From a virus (taxonomy: Duplodnaviria > Caudoviricetes), in IMG/VR virus record IMGVR_UViG_3300035208_003581, positions 32,001 to 96,000 of that record: a stretch of DNA of 64,000 bases, one strand, 5' to 3'. This document shows positions 59,603 through 64,000 of the stretch, one piece after another. Numbering within the stretch: the stretch's first letter is position 1; the number at the start of each line of letters is the position of its first letter. The position numbers and the translations under genes were made by a program. The notes beneath the pieces are model-generated. The model saw only the letters and a program-made list of their open reading frames with translations. It was not told where the DNA came from and did not search any database.

Positions 59603-61516
59603 ATGAATTTTTATGCAATAGAATCAGATAATGTTCCGTTTAGAGTACGAGAATTAGAAAATTTAATTCGTAAGCACAAACAACTCTATTACCTTGGTAA
59701 TACTGAAATATCAGATGAAGCATATGATTTATTAGAGCAAGAGTTAAGGAAATTATGTCCAGATTCATATGCTCTAAATATTGTAGGACATGAAAATTTA
59801 TCAGATAGTAAAATACAACATGAACCACCAATGTTGTCTCTTGATAAGATAAGAGATCCACAGATATTACATACTTGGATAGAAAATAATGAATGTATCA
59901 TGTCATATAAAATAGATGGTTCATCAGCATCGTTACGATATGAGAATGGTATGTTTGTTAGTGCAAGTACCAGAGGTAATGGTGAATTTGGTGAGAATAT
60001 TACAGAACATTTTCTTTATATAGATTTCCCTCGTAAAATACAAAAGTCAAAAAAAGATCATATAGAAATCCGTGGAGAAGTTTGTATCAGTAAAAATGAT
60101 TTTGAAAATTTATCTAATGAAATGGTAAAGAGAGGTTTAGAGAAACCTAAATCTATAAGAAATATAGTAGCTGGGTTATTACATAAGAAAAGTAACTTGG
60201 ATTTATGTAAGTATTTAACATTTCTCGCATATAAAATAGAAAATACAGATATTGATACTTATAGAAATGAGCTTAAAATACTTGAACATTTTAAATTCAC
60301 AATCCCAAAATATAGTATCATTCAAAAAGATTTAGAGGCATATCACATTCAAACTATTATTGATAAGTACGCTTCAGATACAGAATATTCATATTTAACT
60401 GATGGATTAGTATTTTCTTTTGATAGTATTGCTTTACAAAAATCAAAAGGGTTTACCAGTCATCATCCACGAGGTAAAATAGCCTTTAAACTTCAATCAG
60501 AAGTGAAACAAACAAAGTTATTAGGTATAGATATTGATGTTGGCAGGACAGGTCAATTGTCTTTTACTGGTATAGTAGAACCTGTTGAATTGTCAGGGGC
60601 TATGGTTGAAAGAGTTACCCTACATAATAAACGTTATATTGAAGAACATCAGATAAACATAGGATGTACTATTGAAATAACTAGATCTGGTGAGGTAATT
60701 CCAAAACATATGTCTACAGTGACTCCTAATGGTGAGTATGTATTTCCATCAAATTGCCCCATATGTGGTTCTATTTTATCTGAAACAGATACACAGGTAA
60801 CTCTTATATGTAAATCCCTTGGATGTCCAGCAAGAGGGAAAGCAGCAATAAATCATTGGATTAAGACATTGAAAATTGATACTCTTGGAGAATCCACCAT
60901 AGATAAATTATGGGATGCTGGTCTTTTATTGAATATAAAAGATATTTACTCTCTCACTGAAGAAAAACTTTGTATCATTGAAAAAATGGGTGATAAGTTA
61001 GCTTCAAAAATAGTATCAAATATTAAAAGTAGAAGAGAAGTGAAATTCCCGCATCTATTAGATGCACTTGGTATTGATGGGTTGGGTACTGGTATATCCA
61101 AAGTAGTAGTGAGAAAGTTCACTACATTTGAAGCATTATTAAATGCATCAGTGATTGATCTCACTACTATTGAAGGTATTGGTGATATTATAGCAAATAA
61201 TATTTATTCTGGTTTACATCGATTTGGGTTTGAATTGTTAAAGTCATTAGTTGAAAATAAGCATATTGAGATTATATATGATACTCAATTAAGTACAAAG
61301 TATAATGGGTTGATTTTTGTCATTACGGGTGATTTATCTAAACCAAGGGATGAAGTCAAATTGTTTATTGAAACAAATGGTGGGAAAGTTACAGGTAGTG
61401 TATCAAAGAAAACTAATTATTTAGTATGTAATGATCCTTCGAATTCATCAAAGTATAAAAAGGCACAAGAACTGAACATTCCAATTATTACAGAAACAAT
61501 ATTATATAATATGTAG
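59603..61516 (+). CDS. ligA: NAD-dependent DNA ligase
   Basis: ISDEAYD, MLSLDK, KIDG, TRGNG, EIRGE, VGRTG, C4 Zn finger, HhH, BRCT (FVITG...GGKVTGSVSKKT). Confidence 0.95.
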   Translation: MNFYAIESDNVPFRVRELENLIRKHKQLYYLGNTEISDEAYDLLEQELRKLCPDSYALNIVGHENLSDSKIQHEPPMLSLDKIRDPQILHTWIENNECIMSYKIDGSSASLRYENGMFVSASTRGNGEFGENITEHFLYIDFPRKIQKSKKDHIEIRGEVCISKNDFENLSNEMVKRGLEKPKSIRNIVAGLLHKKSNLDLCKYLTFLAYKIENTDIDTYRNELKILEHFKFTIPKYSIIQKDLEAYHIQTIIDKYASDTEYSYLTDGLVFSFDSIALQKSKGFTSHHPRGKIAFKLQSEVKQTKLLGIDIDVGRTGQLSFTGIVEPVELSGAMVERVTLHNKRYIEEHQINIGCTIEITRSGEVIPKHMSTVTPNGEYVFPSNCPICGSILSETDTQVTLICKSLGCPARGKAAINHWIKTLKIDTLGESTIDKLWDAGLLLNIKDIYSLTEEKLCIIEKMGDKLASKIVSNIKSRREVKFPHLLDALGIDGLGTGISKVVVRKFTTFEALLNASVIDLTTIEGIGDIIANNIYSGLHRFGFELLKSLVENKHIEIIYDTQLSTKYNGLIFVITGDLSKPRDEVKLFIETNGGKVTGSVSKKTNYLVCNDPSNSSKYKKAQELNIPIITETILYNM

Positions 61517-61524
61517 GTAATGTT

Positions 61525-62325
61525 ATGTCAAAAAACCTTTTACCTGGTTCTTCATTTAAGTTAATGGATAGAAACAATATAGAATATTCTGCTATTGTTG
61601 TATGTCCTAATGCTCAAATAGAATTTGGATATTTTCCTAAATACACTTCAGATAATTATCATATTGTAAATGGTAATTGTTATAAAAGTTACAGAGTATC
61701 TTATAATCCAGATACTCTTATTGTATATATTTATAACAATATTTATGATGTTAGAAATGTTCAAAAAAAAGTGATACAATATTATTATAAACAGTATGTA
61801 AAAAATATGACTGTATATGATGGTAAATCAATTATACAGTACTCTAATTTTTTAGAAATATATCTAGAACAATTAGCTACACATATACATGATTTACCAG
61901 GTAATTTATCTGATGAATATTCTTATGTATTCAGTAATCCAAGTCTTTCAATGCCCTTCATATCTGTTAAAAAAAATAAATTAGATAATAAAATTTTAGA
62001 ATCTAAATTTATAGATGAAATTTTAGTAAAATATTCATTATTTAAGAAAATTTATAATAATATTTTTGAAATTTCTGATGTATTACCATATCATAGAGAA
62101 TTAACGTGGTTATCAAAACGTGTTTGTATTAACACTGATTTATTATATAAGTGGGTTAAAAACGCACATATATCTAGTAAAATATATGGTAATGATACAT
62201 ATATTGATTTGTGTGGTTTATCATGTTTTATAGATAATTCAAAACCATCATTAAAGTATATCCCATATTATATAGTAGTAGATATACTTGATTCTATCAT
62301 ATATCAGATACAATTTAGTTCATAA
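61525..62325 (+). CDS. Hypothetical protein with C-terminal HTH-like region
   Basis: LSKRVCINTDLLYKWVK; paralog of the next gene. Confidence 0.6.
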   Translation: MSKNLLPGSSFKLMDRNNIEYSAIVVCPNAQIEFGYFPKYTSDNYHIVNGNCYKSYRVSYNPDTLIVYIYNNIYDVRNVQKKVIQYYYKQYVKNMTVYDGKSIIQYSNFLEIYLEQLATHIHDLPGNLSDEYSYVFSNPSLSMPFISVKKNKLDNKILESKFIDEILVKYSLFKKIYNNIFEISDVLPYHRELTWLSKRVCINTDLLYKWVKNAHISSKIYGNDTYIDLCGLSCFIDNSKPSLKYIPYYIVVDILDSIIYQIQFSS

Positions 62326-62337
62326 TAGGAGCTTACT

Positions 62338-63255
62338 ATGAGTGATTTTTATCCAGGTCAGATTATTAAAGTAGTAATATCTAATAATCCTAAAGAAATA
62401 CGAGATGGTATTGTTGTATTTGTTGGAGCACGTTGTGCTATGTTACCTGGAAATAGAGAGAGATATTCTGCATCATATGATGATGAGTATACAATTGTAT
62501 CTATTTATAATAATACATCACAGATAGATTGGTGTTCTCAAAAAATAAGAGGGAGTGATGCTATAAAATATTTTTTTAGAAAACATTTTGTAAATTTGAA
62601 ATTCCCTCAACAGAATGACATGTTTAGTACTATAAACTTAGAAAGATATTTATATGATCTCAGATATACAAAACCTATTTTAAAAGATAAAGGTTGTTTA
62701 TATCGTAAAGTTTTTTTACCACATGTGTCTGTAAAAACATGTCATTTGATACCTCAAGAAAATATAATTAATCATGGTGTTAGAGAAGAACAAATACATG
62801 CAGCATTAGAGTATACTATTAATAAAAATATATCTGTAGTACCAATCAATAGTAATGATTATATGATGATTGAAAAAAATTCACTCATGGATATAATAGA
62901 TATTATACGTGAGAAAAAAGAACCAATAGTTTTTGAATCAGAATCAAGTGTACTAGACTCTAAACTTATAATCCATGAACCTGTTAATATCCCAGTGTTG
63001 TTAAATGTGGAGCCTGGTTATCATAGTATTTCAGAGGTAGCATCAAAGTTAGGTATTGGTAAATCTACATTACGACATTGGGTTAAAATTGGTGGTGTTA
63101 ATGAACCTATTAGAGTTAAAAATTCAATTTACGTGAAATATTCGTCTGTTGAAAAGTATATTAAAGATTATGGATATTCTTCTAAATTTGAATATCCACG
63201 ATACATATATATATTGGAAATATGTAATAAGTATAAAGATATTGAAAATCCTTAA
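62338..63255 (+). CDS. Protein with C-terminal excisionase/MerR-type HTH
   Basis: SISEVASKLGIGKSTLRHWVK; AGGAG RBS. Confidence 0.7.
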   Translation: MSDFYPGQIIKVVISNNPKEIRDGIVVFVGARCAMLPGNRERYSASYDDEYTIVSIYNNTSQIDWCSQKIRGSDAIKYFFRKHFVNLKFPQQNDMFSTINLERYLYDLRYTKPILKDKGCLYRKVFLPHVSVKTCHLIPQENIINHGVREEQIHAALEYTINKNISVVPINSNDYMMIEKNSLMDIIDIIREKKEPIVFESESSVLDSKLIIHEPVNIPVLLNVEPGYHSISEVASKLGIGKSTLRHWVKIGGVNEPIRVKNSIYVKYSSVEKYIKDYGYSSKFEYPRYIYILEICNKYKDIENP

Positions 63256-63363
63256 AATACATTTTATTTTTAATAATTATCATAATATATTGACTCATAA
63301 ATTGTAATATGTTATTACTTTGTAAGTAAGTACTGTAAACTTATTATTATTTTGAGGTGATAT

Positions 63364-63891
63364 ATGTTGAGTATTAAGGAATTAATGAAGAAAACAGGAC
63401 TATCTGAGTCAACAATAAAAAGACGACGTGCAAAAGGTTGGGATGAAGCTAAAATAATAGCTGTACCAGCTCAATCTACTAATCAGTATACTAAGAAAAA
63501 AGTATCAAAAGTATCAAAAGTATCAAAATCATTAGATGATACATTTGAAATTTCTGCATTTGATATGTTAAAGAAAAATAAAAAAGATATTTGGATTGAA
63601 ACAGAAATTAAAATTCTATATAAAGCAGATGCCTTAGCTTCTAAAGTAATTAGTGTCCCTGGTTTGAAAAATGGTATATGGGGTATTGTACATAATGAAG
63701 CGAAAGAGCCAGTATTAATACATATAGCTTCTATGCGACGTGTGACAAAACCCAATTCAAAATTATCTTTAAATGATGTGAAGAACCTTGCTCTTTCCTT
63801 AACTAAATTTTTTAAAGAAGATGGTTCTGTACCTTATGGAACAAAAAGATCTGAAGTTATAAAAATAATAAAAGAAGCTTATGTTCAGTAA
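63364..63891 (+). CDS. N-terminal HTH plus GxWGIxH domain protein
   Basis: SIKELMKKTGLSESTIKRRRAKGW; (KVS)3 linker from a 9-bp tandem repeat at 63499-63525; GAGGTG RBS. Confidence 0.7.
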   Translation: MLSIKELMKKTGLSESTIKRRRAKGWDEAKIIAVPAQSTNQYTKKKVSKVSKVSKSLDDTFEISAFDMLKKNKKDIWIETEIKILYKADALASKVISVPGLKNGIWGIVHNEAKEPVLIHIASMRRVTKPNSKLSLNDVKNLALSLTKFFKEDGSVPYGTKRSEVIKIIKEAYVQ

Positions 63892-63893
63892 TT

Positions 63894-64000
63894 ATGTATA
63901 TTACTGAGATTTATAAAATAATACCTCTCAAGCTTACTAATGATGTAATGGTAGCTACATATGAAATTACTATACCATTTACACCATATATTGGATTAGA
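63894..64000 (+). CDS. Hypothetical protein, 3' partial
   Basis: ATG just after the previous stop; frame open to the window end. Confidence 0.45.
   Translation, partial: MYITEIYKIIPLKLTNDVMVATYEITIPFTPYIGL

Noticed and set aside
3710-61164. Short antisense or alternate-frame ORFs nested in long genes (e.g. 3710-4009, 7175-7462, 31517-31924, 54540-54779)
   Set aside because: No RBS or motifs; they are shadows of codon bias and repeats in the real genes.
1-64000. Stop-codon reassignment
   Set aside because: Coding density is high with code 11; TAG ends ligase and polymerase and TGA ends DnaB and SNF2 at plausible positions.
1-64000. tRNA/rRNA genes and inteins
   Set aside because: No cloverleaf or T-loop signatures seen in the few intergenic gaps; polymerase, helicases and ligase show no intein-sized insertions.

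Overview
AT-rich (roughly 30% GC by eye), gene-dense, mostly + strand segment of a large contractile-tailed phage genome, probably a jumbo phage, using the standard genetic code. Positions 1-39.4 kb form a baseplate/tail-fibre operon: gpV/gp5-like spike, a three-repeat hydrophobic protein, gp25-like, baseplate J-like and gpI-like wedge proteins, and two pairs of paralogous fibre-like proteins. Positions 39.4-40.4 kb hold two envelope proteins. Positions 40.4-47.8 kb are a replication module: SNF2 helicase, degenerate DnaC-like protein, DnaB-like helicase, stand-alone primase zinc finger and family A polymerase. Positions 47.8-64 kb are accessory, with an NAD-dependent ligase. The standout is an IS607 element (about 51344-53087) whose TnpB has the rearranged Fanzor-type RuvC site and an N-terminus overprinted on tnpA. 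It abuts a 54-bp hairpin repeat on the left and a 5'-truncated VWA gene on the right. Protein family calls come from motif recognition only; no searches were run.
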